Assembly: GCA_964535445.1 (NCBI GenBank)
Contig: CAZHUX010000001.1
Span: 12,406 to 76,405, forward strand
DNA: 64,000 bases
DNA from: an uncultured Galactobacillus sp.
Lineage (GTDB): Bacteria > Bacillota_I > Bacilli_A > Erysipelotrichales > Erysipelotrichaceae
Direction: 5' to 3'
In this document: positions 26,032-35,683 of the stretch, piece after piece
How the letters are laid out: each line of letters starts with the position of its first letter
Position numbering within the stretch: the stretch's first letter is position 1
Notes under the pieces: generated by a model
What the model was told of the DNA's origin: nothing
Databases searched by the model: none
The model's input: only the letters and a program-made list of their open reading frames with translations
Made by a program: the position numbers and the translations under genes

Positions 26032-28125
26032 ATGGAAAAGCCATTTGAAGATTTTGGTTCACAGGTATTCGGCATTAAGGAAATGGAAGAAAGACTGCCC
26101 AGACCTGTTTTTGATGCATGGAAGAAAACCCAGGCAAATGAAGGTGCTTTGGACAGAGGGACTGCTGATGCCATTGCCCATGCCATGAAAAGATGGGCCA
26201 TGGAACATGGTGCTACCCACTTCACCCACTGGTTTCAGCCATTGACCGGTGGTACTGCCGAAAAACATGATGCCTTTATTGAACCGGATCATAATAATCA
26301 GCCGATTTCAAGATTCTCCGGCAAGATGTTAATCAAGGGAGAACCGGATGCTTCTTCTTTCCCATCCGGTGGTTTAAGAGCGACCTTTGAAGCCAGAGGC
26401 TATACCTATTGGGATGTGAAATCTCCTGTCTTCATTCGTGAAAACACATTATGTATTCCTACTATCTTTGTCTCATACAATGGCGAAGCCCTGGACCGCA
26501 AGGATCCATTGCTGAAATCTGTAGATGCCCTCAGTGCAGCTGCCACTAAAGTAGTTAACCTGTTAGGTGATAAAGACGTTAAGTCCTGCAATATTTCCGT
26601 AGGTCTTGAACAGGAGTATTTCTTAATTGACCGTAAATACTTTGACAGACGTCTTGATCTGAAATTAACCGGAAGAACATTATTCGGCATGCCTGCCACC
26701 AAGGGACAGGAACTGGATGATCACTACTTCGGTGCGATTCCTTCAAGAGTCAAGGCATTTATGAAGGATGTCAATGAACAGTTATGGAAGTTAGGCATCT
26801 ATGCAAAGACCGAACACAATGAAGTGGCTCCGGGTCAGTTTGAATTGGCGCCTATCTTCTCGGATGGTAATGTTGCGGTAGACCAGAACCAGCTGACTAT
26901 GGATATTCTGAAGAAAACAGCTGAGAAACACGGACTTGCTTGTCTTCTTCATGAAAAACCGTTTGATGGCATTAACGGGTCTGGCAAGCATAACAATTAC
27001 TCTATTATTACAGATACGGGAGTTAATCTCTTTGACCCGGGGAAAAAGCCAAGTGAGAATGTCAGGTTTCTGACTTTCATCTGTGCATTTATCAAAGCTG
27101 TCGATGAATATGCCCTGCTTTTAAGACTCAGTGCTTCCAGTGCAGGCAACGATCACCGTTTAGGGGCTGATGAAGCACCACCTGCTATCATTTCTATTTA
27201 TCTTGGTTCTTATATTGAAGATATCCTTTATTCTTTATACAAGGATCATCCTTCCCAGAAGAAAACTGTTACGGTAAGTGACTTCAGTCCGTTAAATAAT
27301 CTGGCCTATATTCCTCATGACAACACTGACCGTAACCGTACATCACCGGTAGCTTTTACCGGTAATAAGTTTGAGTTCAGAATGCTTGGTTCCAGCATGT
27401 CTGCCTCTTTTGCCAATACAGTTCTCAACAGCATCATGGCTGAAAGCTTAAATGAAATTGCTTCAGAATTAGAAGGCATTAAATATGTTCAGGATGCCAG
27501 AGACAAGGCATTGGATATATGCCGTAATATCATTCATGATCATAAGCGTATTCTTTTCTCTGGTGATGGCTACAGTGAAGAGTGGGTTAAAGAAGCCAAA
27601 AGAAGAGGTCTGCCAAATGTAAAGAGCTTCATTGAAGCTACCCAGGCATTAAAAGATCCTAAGGTTGTTCATCTGTTTACTTCTCTTGGTGTATATACGG
27701 AAAAAGAACTGGAAGCCAACCGCAAGATCATGGAAGAACAGTATGACAGAGTCATGGATATTGAAGTGAAGACTTTAATTGAAATGGTCCGTAAGGATGT
27801 TCTTCCGGCCATGACGCAGGATTATGAATTCTACGCAAAGACAGCGGCTGAGGCAGGTAAGAATACCCCTGGTTTTGTCACAAAGAGAATGAGTCAGTTA
27901 AGTGAATTAATAGACAAGACGTATTCTTATGTGGATAAGATGACACAGTTATGGAAAGAAGCTAATGCATCTGGAGATGATTATGAATGCGGCAAGAAGA
28001 TCTATTACAGTGTTGCGCCGGCTATGGAAGAAGTACGGAAATACATTGACCGCTACGAAGAGATCGCATCCAGAAACTATTACAAGCTTCCGCTCTATGA
28101 AGAAATGCTGTTCAATCTGGATTAA
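26032..28125 (+). CDS. glnN: Glutamine synthetase type III
   Basis: At 697 aa it has the GSIII length. It contains ...EHNEVAPGQFELAP... and ...NGSGKHNN..., which are GS catalytic motifs in a GSIII-sized protein. AAGGAG lies upstream of the ATG. Confidence 0.85.
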   Translation: MEKPFEDFGSQVFGIKEMEERLPRPVFDAWKKTQANEGALDRGTADAIAHAMKRWAMEHGATHFTHWFQPLTGGTAEKHDAFIEPDHNNQPISRFSGKMLIKGEPDASSFPSGGLRATFEARGYTYWDVKSPVFIRENTLCIPTIFVSYNGEALDRKDPLLKSVDALSAAATKVVNLLGDKDVKSCNISVGLEQEYFLIDRKYFDRRLDLKLTGRTLFGMPATKGQELDDHYFGAIPSRVKAFMKDVNEQLWKLGIYAKTEHNEVAPGQFELAPIFSDGNVAVDQNQLTMDILKKTAEKHGLACLLHEKPFDGINGSGKHNNYSIITDTGVNLFDPGKKPSENVRFLTFICAFIKAVDEYALLLRLSASSAGNDHRLGADEAPPAIISIYLGSYIEDILYSLYKDHPSQKKTVTVSDFSPLNNLAYIPHDNTDRNRTSPVAFTGNKFEFRMLGSSMSASFANTVLNSIMAESLNEIASELEGIKYVQDARDKALDICRNIIHDHKRILFSGDGYSEEWVKEAKRRGLPNVKSFIEATQALKDPKVVHLFTSLGVYTEKELEANRKIMEEQYDRVMDIEVKTLIEMVRKDVLPAMTQDYEFYAKTAAEAGKNTPGFVTKRMSQLSELIDKTYSYVDKMTQLWKEANASGDDYECGKKIYYSVAPAMEEVRKYIDRYEEIASRNYYKLPLYEEMLFNLD

Positions 28126-28177
28126 TGTATCTGAACAAACAGCCATCATGATAAGATAAACACAGGAGTTTCTATTT

Positions 28178-28936
28178 ATGATAGCTACAGAACGTTTCCA
28201 GAAAGAACTGGAACTGATTAACAATCATGGCATTATGGCAACGGCACAGCTGAGTAAAATGCTTGGTGTAACCGAAATGACGATCCGCCGGGACATGCAG
28301 TCTCTTGAAGAACAGGGATTGATTCAGAGAGTTCATGGCGGTGCCAGATCCTTAAGCGTGACCCATACGGTTTCCATGCAGCAGGAAAAGAATATGCGGG
28401 AACGCAATGAGAATATTGAAGAAAAGAATGCGGTTGGAAAATATGCGGCTGCTCTTATTAAAGACGGCATGACGATCTATGTGGACGGCGGTACATCCAC
28501 TGCCGCACTCATTTCTTACATACATGCAGAAGACATACGGATTATCACCAATTCCCTGCTTGCCGCAGAACAATGTCATGATACAAATATTGAAGTGTAT
28601 CTTTTAGGAGGAAGGCTGATACAGAAATACAGTATGATTGCAGGCCCTATGGCAAGTCATGATCTGAATCAATTTCACTTCGATATCGCATTTATATCAT
28701 GTCTTGGCATAGATGCAGAAGAAAGATTCATATATACAGCCGAAACCGATACAGCACAAATAAAAAAGGATGCTCTGCAAAATGCCGCTCAGGCATATCT
28801 GCTCGCAGATGCATCCAAACTTCATACAAGAAGTTTCTATCATCCTGTATCAACGGATTTGTTCACAAATGTCATCATGAATCAGCCTTCTGATTATACT
28901 TCAGAAGATCTTCCTGATAACTTCATACTCATCTGA
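28178..28936 (+). CDS. DeoR family transcriptional regulator
   Basis: It has an N-terminal HTH (LSKMLGVTEMTIRRDMQSLEEQGLIQRVHGGA) and a C-terminal sugar-phosphate-binding DeoR-C region. Confidence 0.85.
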   Translation: MIATERFQKELELINNHGIMATAQLSKMLGVTEMTIRRDMQSLEEQGLIQRVHGGARSLSVTHTVSMQQEKNMRERNENIEEKNAVGKYAAALIKDGMTIYVDGGTSTAALISYIHAEDIRIITNSLLAAEQCHDTNIEVYLLGGRLIQKYSMIAGPMASHDLNQFHFDIAFISCLGIDAEERFIYTAETDTAQIKKDALQNAAQAYLLADASKLHTRSFYHPVSTDLFTNVIMNQPSDYTSEDLPDNFILI

Positions 28937-28964
28937 CATCCTGGTTCATTCAGGATGTCTTTTA
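28936..28964 (+). terminator. Terminator after deoR
   Basis: ACATCCTG-GTTCATT-CAGGATGT forms a hairpin followed by CTTTTAT. Confidence 0.65.
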
Positions 28965-29753
28965 TATCTGTTCTATATGTATGGCAATATTCTTTTTGTC
29001 CGCAATCTCTTTCAGTTTATCAAGATATGCCTCAGAAACATATGGCGTTCCTTTTAATGGATAAGGAATGCCAAGATGCGTATACTTCCCTTCTCCAAGC
29101 GTATGATAAGGCAGTATATCCACTCTTTTAATCACATTGCCTAGACTATGAATCACATCAAATCTCTTTTCGACATCATTAAGATCATCATTCCATCCCG
29201 GCACAATCACCATTCTGATCCAGATATCCTTTCCTTTTTCTGCTATGGCATGAAGATTATCCAGTATCTGATGATTCTCTTTACCTGTACATCTTTTATG
29301 CATATACGCATCATATGCCTTCAGGTCAAAGAGAACGAGATCCATGTTTTCAATTGCCTTCATCATCTTTTCTCTGCTTATGTAACCGCATGTGTCCAGG
29401 GCTGTATGGATGCCGCCTTGTTTTAAATACGAGGCGGTTTCATTGATAAATTCTGCCTGTAAACCCGGTTCCCCGCCAGAAAATGTCACCCCGCCATGAC
29501 TTTCTTCATAAAAGATCTGATCACGCATCAGTTTCTCATATAAGTCATGACTTTCAATTTCATAACCGACTTCCTTTGTAAAGGAATGATTATTCTCTTT
29601 AAAGTGCATTGTTTTCTTCCCCGGTAACATCAGTTCCGGATTACAGCACCACTTGCAGCGAAGTGAACAGCCAACCATAAAGACAGTACTTCGTATACCG
29701 GGACCATCTTTAATGGAATATGACTGTATTTCAGATATCAGTCCGGTTGTCAT
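28962..29753 (-). CDS. Glycyl-radical enzyme activating enzyme (radical SAM)
   Basis: DGPGIRSTVFMVGCSLRCKWCCNPE contains the CX3CX2C motif. ATG 29753 overlaps the GRE stop (ATGA). The upstream extension in the track (start 29822) lies inside the GRE coding sequence. Confidence 0.85.
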   Translation of the reverse strand: MTTGLISEIQSYSIKDGPGIRSTVFMVGCSLRCKWCCNPELMLPGKKTMHFKENNHSFTKEVGYEIESHDLYEKLMRDQIFYEESHGGVTFSGGEPGLQAEFINETASYLKQGGIHTALDTCGYISREKMMKAIENMDLVLFDLKAYDAYMHKRCTGKENHQILDNLHAIAEKGKDIWIRMVIVPGWNDDLNDVEKRFDVIHSLGNVIKRVDILPYHTLGEGKYTHLGIPYPLKGTPYVSEAYLDKLKEIADKKNIAIHIEQI

Positions 29754-32167
29754 AATCTGTTTTCCGTTCTGGCAATGATGGCATTCTGTGTCTCTGGCAT
29801 TAAGGAAACAAACTGTGCACAATAACCTGCCACTCTTACAATCAGGCTGCGGTACTGATCAGGGGTTTCCTGTGCCTTACGGAGTGTCTTTGAGTCAATG
29901 ACATTAAACTGATTATGATAGATGCCAAGTCTCTGACTACCTCTTAAGAAAGCACAGAATTTATCCAGATTTTCATCTCCCTGTAAGGAGGCTGGTGAAA
30001 ATCTCATATTCAGTAACTGTCCTGCCGCCACTCTTTCATTAGGAAGTTTACTGACAGAATGAATGACTGCCGTAGGTCCCATGACATCTGTCCCCTGTAC
30101 AGGTGAACAGCCTTCATTCAACGGGCTTCCGGCTTCTCTTCCATCTGGTGTAGCACCCACATCCATACCATTTGGAACATAGGAGGTAATATTGGATGTA
30201 GACATCGTATAGCAGCTGACTTCAGGGCCTTTGCCTTCTCTTAAAGTATGATAGGAAGGCAACAGGTCCAGATACGATTCATATACATCAGAGACAATCT
30301 GATCTACTTCATCATTATCATTACCAAACTTCGGTACGGAAAGGCAAAGATTACGAATTCTCTCTCCTTCTTCCCCCTTCCAGTTATGATGAATCGCATC
30401 CATTAATTCTTCATAAGTAATCACATGATCATCAAATACCAGTTTCTTCACAGCCATCAATGAATTGCCTAATACAGTCGGTCCGATATTGGACTGGGAT
30501 ATCACATCATACTGGCAGCCGCCGTTTTTCAATGTCCTTCCAAGCTTCATGCTGTTATGAATCAGAGATGACGCAAACGGGTCTGCATCATATACAGCTA
30601 ATGACGTATCACAGATCTCATCTGACTCTACCGCTATATCCGAATAGAACTTCAGGAACTTCTTCCAGGCATTCCACAGTTCTTCATAACTATGAAAATG
30701 TACTGTACTCCCCTTCTTTCCATTCACACTGATCATCTGTATGCCCGTAACAGGATCAGTGCCATTATTTAAAATCAGTTCCAGTATCTTTGCCCAGTTG
30801 ACATACGTCATTCCCGTTGCACGATGACCATACTTGCCCGGTACACCGGTTTCCACACATCCGATCGCACAATAGTCCAAAGCATCTTCATGCCTGATGC
30901 CAAGATCTTCTATTCCCTTAGCCGCAATATCATCATTGAACATACTCGGCATGCCGCAGCCTGTACGGATTAACTGTGCCGCAAGTTTTAATAATGACTT
31001 AGGAGTATCTCTGTTATAGCGCATGGAGAAGTTCGGCTCTGCCATCGCCGTCAGATTCATGGCTTCAATGCATAAATAACTCAATTCATTGGATCCATCC
31101 GTACCATCCGGTTTATAGCCGCCAATCATCAGATTGGAATATAAAGGATATCCCTGTGAGAACTTTGTATGTCCATAAGGTCTGACTTTATTCTGGGTAC
31201 TGTTCATCAGAAACATATGCGTAGTTATTTCTAATGCCTTTTCCTTTGTCAGTACACCAGCCTCAATATCATGTTTGTAAAGATCATACATATACTGATC
31301 AAATCTTCCATAACAGAAAGAATGACCATTGGATTCAATCATCTCTAATACATGTATGAAATAAACTGTTTCAACCCCTTCATAATAGCTTTGGGCAGGA
31401 TGTTCCATAAGCCTGGAAGCCATATCACTGATCTTCAGCAGTTCTTCTTTACGCTTTGGATCTGTTTCCTTTTGAGACATTTCAAAGGCTAGCAGAGAAT
31501 ACCGTTTGATATAGTCCAGTACACCATTTAGAGAAACCGAAACTGCTTCATAGAAATTCCTGTTTTCTTCTGTTAAATCAGGATTGTTAAGATATTGTTC
31601 TGCTTCTTTCTGGATATCTCTCAATCCTCTTTTTAAAACCATGTCATAATCCGGCACTATATGTCCATCACCAGACATGGATATGCCGCCACGATGAATA
31701 ACTTTCTGCTTTTCAGCTGAAGCTATCCTTTCTGTTGTATGACGCTTTACTTCATCTTCATGCGTATGTCCATGCCAATAAGGCGCAATCGAACGGATAT
31801 CCTGCTTGACCTTTTCACTGCAGGTAAATACATCACCATTGCGTTTATCAAACTGTTCCAGTTCTTCTACAACCCAGTCTATGGAATATTCCGGAAATAC
31901 CGGTGCCGCAAAGTCACGGCTTGCCTGATTACCGAAGATGAGACTGTCTGGTTCGATGTAAATGGTCATATGACGCAACGTGTATGCAAATGCCTCAGCC
32001 TTACGGATGATATAGGGTTTCCCTTCTGTTTCTTGAAAGGAACGGGTATAGAAAAGGGCCCGCTCACTGCAGATACTGGCTTTCCTGTTCTGCATGTGAT
32101 TGCGCAGACGGTCAATGCGGTCCATATCCATATCATGATTCTGAGGGACAAATGCAAGGAATTTCAT
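29750..32167 (-). CDS. Glycyl radical enzyme of the PFL2/1,2-eliminase class (PflD/YbiW-like); substrate unknown
   Basis: It has the glycyl-radical motif LIVRVAGYCAQF near the C-terminus and the thiyl loop AIGCVETGVPGKYGHRATGM, which has a single Cys plus Glu rather than the Cys-Cys of PFL. It is 805 aa, and GGAG lies upstream of the ATG. Confidence 0.85.
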   Translation of the reverse strand: MKFLAFVPQNHDMDMDRIDRLRNHMQNRKASICSERALFYTRSFQETEGKPYIIRKAEAFAYTLRHMTIYIEPDSLIFGNQASRDFAAPVFPEYSIDWVVEELEQFDKRNGDVFTCSEKVKQDIRSIAPYWHGHTHEDEVKRHTTERIASAEKQKVIHRGGISMSGDGHIVPDYDMVLKRGLRDIQKEAEQYLNNPDLTEENRNFYEAVSVSLNGVLDYIKRYSLLAFEMSQKETDPKRKEELLKISDMASRLMEHPAQSYYEGVETVYFIHVLEMIESNGHSFCYGRFDQYMYDLYKHDIEAGVLTKEKALEITTHMFLMNSTQNKVRPYGHTKFSQGYPLYSNLMIGGYKPDGTDGSNELSYLCIEAMNLTAMAEPNFSMRYNRDTPKSLLKLAAQLIRTGCGMPSMFNDDIAAKGIEDLGIRHEDALDYCAIGCVETGVPGKYGHRATGMTYVNWAKILELILNNGTDPVTGIQMISVNGKKGSTVHFHSYEELWNAWKKFLKFYSDIAVESDEICDTSLAVYDADPFASSLIHNSMKLGRTLKNGGCQYDVISQSNIGPTVLGNSLMAVKKLVFDDHVITYEELMDAIHHNWKGEEGERIRNLCLSVPKFGNDNDEVDQIVSDVYESYLDLLPSYHTLREGKGPEVSCYTMSTSNITSYVPNGMDVGATPDGREAGSPLNEGCSPVQGTDVMGPTAVIHSVSKLPNERVAAGQLLNMRFSPASLQGDENLDKFCAFLRGSQRLGIYHNQFNVIDSKTLRKAQETPDQYRSLIVRVAGYCAQFVSLMPETQNAIIARTENRL

Positions 32168-32245
32168 AGGTTCTCCTTTAAAAACAAACCTGCGAATATC
32201 TCATGTTCAAAATAACACAGAACTCCGCAGGTATGTATATATGAA

Positions 32246-32959
32246 TTATCGATTCAGATTTAAAACGACCGGAACAGACTTATAGCCAACACCCATACGG
32301 TCAATACCCATGTTGATTAACTTCAGGAAGTGTTCTCTTGTACGGATGCAGCCGCTTCCTTTGATCTTGATCTTATCGCCAACCGTATCCATCAATAACT
32401 GGATGACTTCTACGGCAGCGCCCTTGCTTTCATGCCCTGTTAGGAAACCCGTAGATGTTTTAACATAGTCGGCACCACTTGCCAGAACAATCTTTGCGCC
32501 ACGGACAATTTCTTCCTTTGTCAAAGCATCTGTTTCAAGGATTACTTTCAGTTCTTTACCATACTTATGGGCAGTATCTGCGCAAACCTTAAGATCCTCA
32601 AGAACTTCCTCATCTTTACCACTGCGGATCTTTCCAAAGTTAGAAACAATATCGATTTCCTTAACACAATCATACTTAGCCGAAGTCTCAATCTGCGCAG
32701 CTCTTGATACTGTCATGCTGTCCCCGAATGGAAAGTCAGTAACTGGACAAAGAGTAGTCTTACTTCCTTTAACATATGGCTCACAAAGTTCCAGATACGC
32801 CGGATTAATGCAGATGGTAGCACAGCCAAGGCTGACGCCATCCTTTGTCAGATTGATGATTTCCTCTTCGGTAAATTCAGGCTTTAATACGGAGTAGTCA
32901 ATGTAAGATGCCAGTTCTTCTATTGTCATTTCTTCTGCTGGCTTTATTGGTTTTCTCAT
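32246..32959 (-). CDS. DeoC-family class I aldolase (divergent deoxyribose-phosphate aldolase-like)
   Basis: It has IDYSVLKPEF..., the Schiff-base lysine context ADYVKTSTGF, and KGSGCIRT. Confidence 0.75.
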   Translation of the reverse strand: MRKPIKPAEEMTIEELASYIDYSVLKPEFTEEEIINLTKDGVSLGCATICINPAYLELCEPYVKGSKTTLCPVTDFPFGDSMTVSRAAQIETSAKYDCVKEIDIVSNFGKIRSGKDEEVLEDLKVCADTAHKYGKELKVILETDALTKEEIVRGAKIVLASGADYVKTSTGFLTGHESKGAAVEVIQLLMDTVGDKIKIKGSGCIRTREHFLKLINMGIDRMGVGYKSVPVVLNLNR

Positions 32960-32973
32960 GATCGTTTATAACA

Positions 32974-33040
32974 GTTTATAAATGTTCACTGTTTTCCCTT
33001 TCTTTCTTATAATATATAAGATTTATGAACATTTGTAAAC
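32974..33040. promoter_or_regulatory. 15-bp inverted repeat pair bracketing the putative promoter of the deoC-like/GRE operon (candidate DeoR operator)
   Basis: GTTTATAAATGTTCA (32974..32988) and TGAACATTTGTAAAC (33026..33040) are reverse complements at 14 of 15 positions. On the minus strand, TTTACA-17 nt-TATATT lies between and overlaps them. An extra GTTTATAA direct repeat is at 32964..32971. Confidence 0.5.
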
Positions 33041-33049
33041 ATATCGTAA

Positions 33050-33886
33050 CTATTTTATAAAGTCTGCAATACGTTTTGCGTCTTCAAAGCCTTTGATATA
33101 TAAAGCCGCAATACTTTCCTTATCTTTTGTTAATGTCTTCATATGACCTATATCGGATGGCGCCACAATGAGAACTTTTCCTTCTTTCTCTAATTCTTCT
33201 GCCTTATCTACCCAGTCATTGTAAACATGGCTTCTCGTTGCCATATCTTTTGCGGCTTCAGGATATTTACGTTCCAGCATCTTTGCAAGAACGGCATCAT
33301 TCTTTGGAATTCTTCTGAAATCACGTGGTCTCGTCAGAATCAGGACAACCTTATCGCAGCCATCCTCAAAAGCTTTCTGTAATGGTACCGGATCTGAAAT
33401 ACCGCCATCATAGTACGGTACACCATCAATCATATACGGCTTATCTGCCACCGGTACACAACAGGATGCCTTGATCACATCATAGTGATCCTGTGACATG
33501 GATGACTTGTCAAAATAAGCAGGTTTCCCTGTTAAAGCATTGGTAGCTACAGTCCAGTACTGCATTGGATTATCCATGATGCCTTTCCAGTTCAAAGGAT
33601 AATCACCGCCTTCATTAGACAAAGTACTGTAAATATAATCCAGACCAACATAATCCCCGGTCAGGAACATATTCTTAAATCCCATATACTGCCATCTTGT
33701 AAAATACTGTGTATAGAATATATAGTTTCTGCCAATCTGATGACCGGCATAAGAAGCGATATTGGCACTGCCTGCACTGACACCGATACCATAGTCAAAA
33801 CGAATATCATGCATCATGCACCAGTCCAGTACACCTGCCCCATATGATCCTCTTAAACCACCGCCTACATCAATTACACCTGTCAT
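33050..33886 (-). CDS. Patatin-like phospholipase
   Basis: It has the oxyanion motif GGGLRG, the nucleophile motif GVSAGS (G-x-S-x-G), and DGG (YYDGGISD), which would complete the catalytic dyad. Confidence 0.8.
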   Translation of the reverse strand: MTGVIDVGGGLRGSYGAGVLDWCMMHDIRFDYGIGVSAGSANIASYAGHQIGRNYIFYTQYFTRWQYMGFKNMFLTGDYVGLDYIYSTLSNEGGDYPLNWKGIMDNPMQYWTVATNALTGKPAYFDKSSMSQDHYDVIKASCCVPVADKPYMIDGVPYYDGGISDPVPLQKAFEDGCDKVVLILTRPRDFRRIPKNDAVLAKMLERKYPEAAKDMATRSHVYNDWVDKAEELEKEGKVLIVAPSDIGHMKTLTKDKESIAALYIKGFEDAKRIADFIK

Positions 33887-34332
33887 ATTGTTTCCCCATT
33901 CAACGCATCCAGAATGCCTTCTACTCTGGCTATTGCTTCATTAACCTGTCTTCTTGCATCATTGATACGACTCTGAACCATCCAGTCCGCAATCACACCA
34001 TCAAAGAAATAATCCGCAAAGCCAAGAAAACCATCGGTTGGAATACGTACATCTGTATATGCATAGATATCCCTCAACTCATAAGCAAGACGGTTCATTG
34101 CGTCCTTGGCAAGCTGGATTTCATATTGGGCATCATGCATCTTATCCTGTTTCATAAATGTCACAAACATACCTCCGCCAAGGATATCCGCAACACCCCA
34201 GCCAGCCGCCTTATCCAGCATCTTCTGTGCATTATAGAGATGATATAATGCATCATTCCCCGCTATAACCGCTTCATCTGTTTCATTTCTTCTGCTATAG
34301 AATTCATTCATACCTAACAGTTTATATCTCAA
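33883..34332 (-). CDS. Hypothetical helical protein (about 142-149 aa), translationally coupled to the patatin gene
   Basis: The ORF overlaps the patatin ATG by 4 nt. The track start at 34332 is a TTG, and the first ATG is at 34311. I recognise no family. Confidence 0.4.
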   Translation of the reverse strand: MRYKLLGMNEFYSRRNETDEAVIAGNDALYHLYNAQKMLDKAAGWGVADILGGGMFVTFMKQDKMHDAQYEIQLAKDAMNRLAYELRDIYAYTDVRIPTDGFLGFADYFFDGVIADWMVQSRINDARRQVNEAIARVEGILDALNGETI

Positions 34333-34368
34333 TTTTAAAAGTACAACTGTTTTAAAAAAGAACAGTTT

Positions 34369-34860
34369 TTACTCTGTTCCCTGGTCCGTACTTTCCGTTG
34401 TGTTCTCTTCTGTTTGTGAAGAGGTATCTTCCTGCTCGGTTGTTTCTTCAGAAGGAGTTGGTGATGGGGTTGCCACAGGAGTCTCAGGTTCTGACTGCAC
34501 GGGCTGCGTTACAGGCGCTGCCGGTGCAGTTCCCTGATCCTTTACAGAAGAAACCTTTTCACTGATCCATCCTTTGACATCATCTCCATACCGGCTATAC
34601 ACATTGATGCCAAGAAGAATCAGGGCAATGATAATGACTGCTTTAACCGTAAAACTGATGATCTTACCGGTATCCTTCTTACGCTTCTTTCTGTATTTTG
34701 TTTTATATCTTGTTTCTGTTACAGATGTCTGCGGTGTTTCTTCTTTGCTGGAAGAAGAATCTTCCTGTACATATAAAGTATGCCCGCAATAAGGACAGAA
34801 CATACTGTCCCATGGTATCGCTCTGCCGCAATGCGGACAGATAATCTTTTCATTTTCCAT
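34369..34860 (-). CDS. Zinc-ribbon membrane protein with a Pro/Thr/Glu-rich tail
   Basis: CPHCGRAIPWDSMFCPYCGH forms a zinc ribbon. It is followed by a basic stretch, one TM helix (AVIIIALILLGINVY) and a low-complexity C-terminus. Confidence 0.6.
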   Translation of the reverse strand: MENEKIICPHCGRAIPWDSMFCPYCGHTLYVQEDSSSSKEETPQTSVTETRYKTKYRKKRKKDTGKIISFTVKAVIIIALILLGINVYSRYGDDVKGWISEKVSSVKDQGTAPAAPVTQPVQSEPETPVATPSPTPSEETTEQEDTSSQTEENTTESTDQGTE

Positions 34861-34904
34861 ATATGTCCTCCTCTACTGCAGTATGCATAAGGAATGTGAA
34901 GATT

Positions 34905-35681
34905 CTATGAAGACAGTCGTCTGTCCATATAGGAAAGTGCATAGGCTTCTACATGATCTAATTTCTTTACGCTTTCTTCATCCTTAACAGAGAAACGATG
35001 CATCATCTTTTCAATATAGTGATGGTCTCTTACATACTGTAATCCGGGTTTGAAATTATAGTCATATAACATGGCACATGAAGAAACCAGTGTATCTGCG
35101 GGTGTCTTGCGGATACCGGTATGGATACTTTTCTCTTTGAAAAACTCTTCATAGACAGATTCTGTTACAGTACTGTTTTCCAATTGTGAAACCGTAAAAG
35201 GCAGAGCATCTTCCAGAGGATCTTCGATCTTAACTCTGTAGATATCTGTTTTATCCGCATCTCTTATAATACGGGCATGCAGTAAGGTATGTTCATCAAG
35301 ATCTGACTGTATTGCATATTTATTATGATTGGATACAGCCTTATAAATCAGTTCATCATATTGATCATCTTCAATAAAAGAACGAATCAGATCATTTTCC
35401 TGTAATACTTCCACCCCAAGATCCGCATGATCCACTGTCAGATAGTCACGAAAGTCATGATATCTTCTGACCTGTTCAAATCTTCCGATATCATGTAATA
35501 ATCCTATCAGCTGTGCTAACTGTATGTCTTCTTCAGAAAGATGAAGATCTTCCGCGATTCTCTTTGCCAGATCTGCCACATGATACGTATGTATGATCTT
35601 CAGGCGTACTTTGCCATCATCCGGATTATAGTGACTGACATACTTTTTGAATGCATGCAGAGCTCTCTCATAATCTATCAT
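34905..35681 (-). CDS. HD-domain phosphohydrolase
   Basis: It has H...HDIGRF and a downstream RDADK motif. Confidence 0.7.
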   Translation of the reverse strand: MIDYERALHAFKKYVSHYNPDDGKVRLKIIHTYHVADLAKRIAEDLHLSEEDIQLAQLIGLLHDIGRFEQVRRYHDFRDYLTVDHADLGVEVLQENDLIRSFIEDDQYDELIYKAVSNHNKYAIQSDLDEHTLLHARIIRDADKTDIYRVKIEDPLEDALPFTVSQLENSTVTESVYEEFFKEKSIHTGIRKTPADTLVSSCAMLYDYNFKPGLQYVRDHHYIEKMMHRFSVKDEESVKKLDHVEAYALSYMDRRLSS

Positions 35682-35683
35682 GC

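Noticed and set aside
25950-26225. A 91-aa minus-strand ORF overlaps the glnN start region.
   Set aside because: It overlaps the well-supported glnN coding sequence on the opposite strand. It has no RBS and an unremarkable composition, so it is probably spurious.
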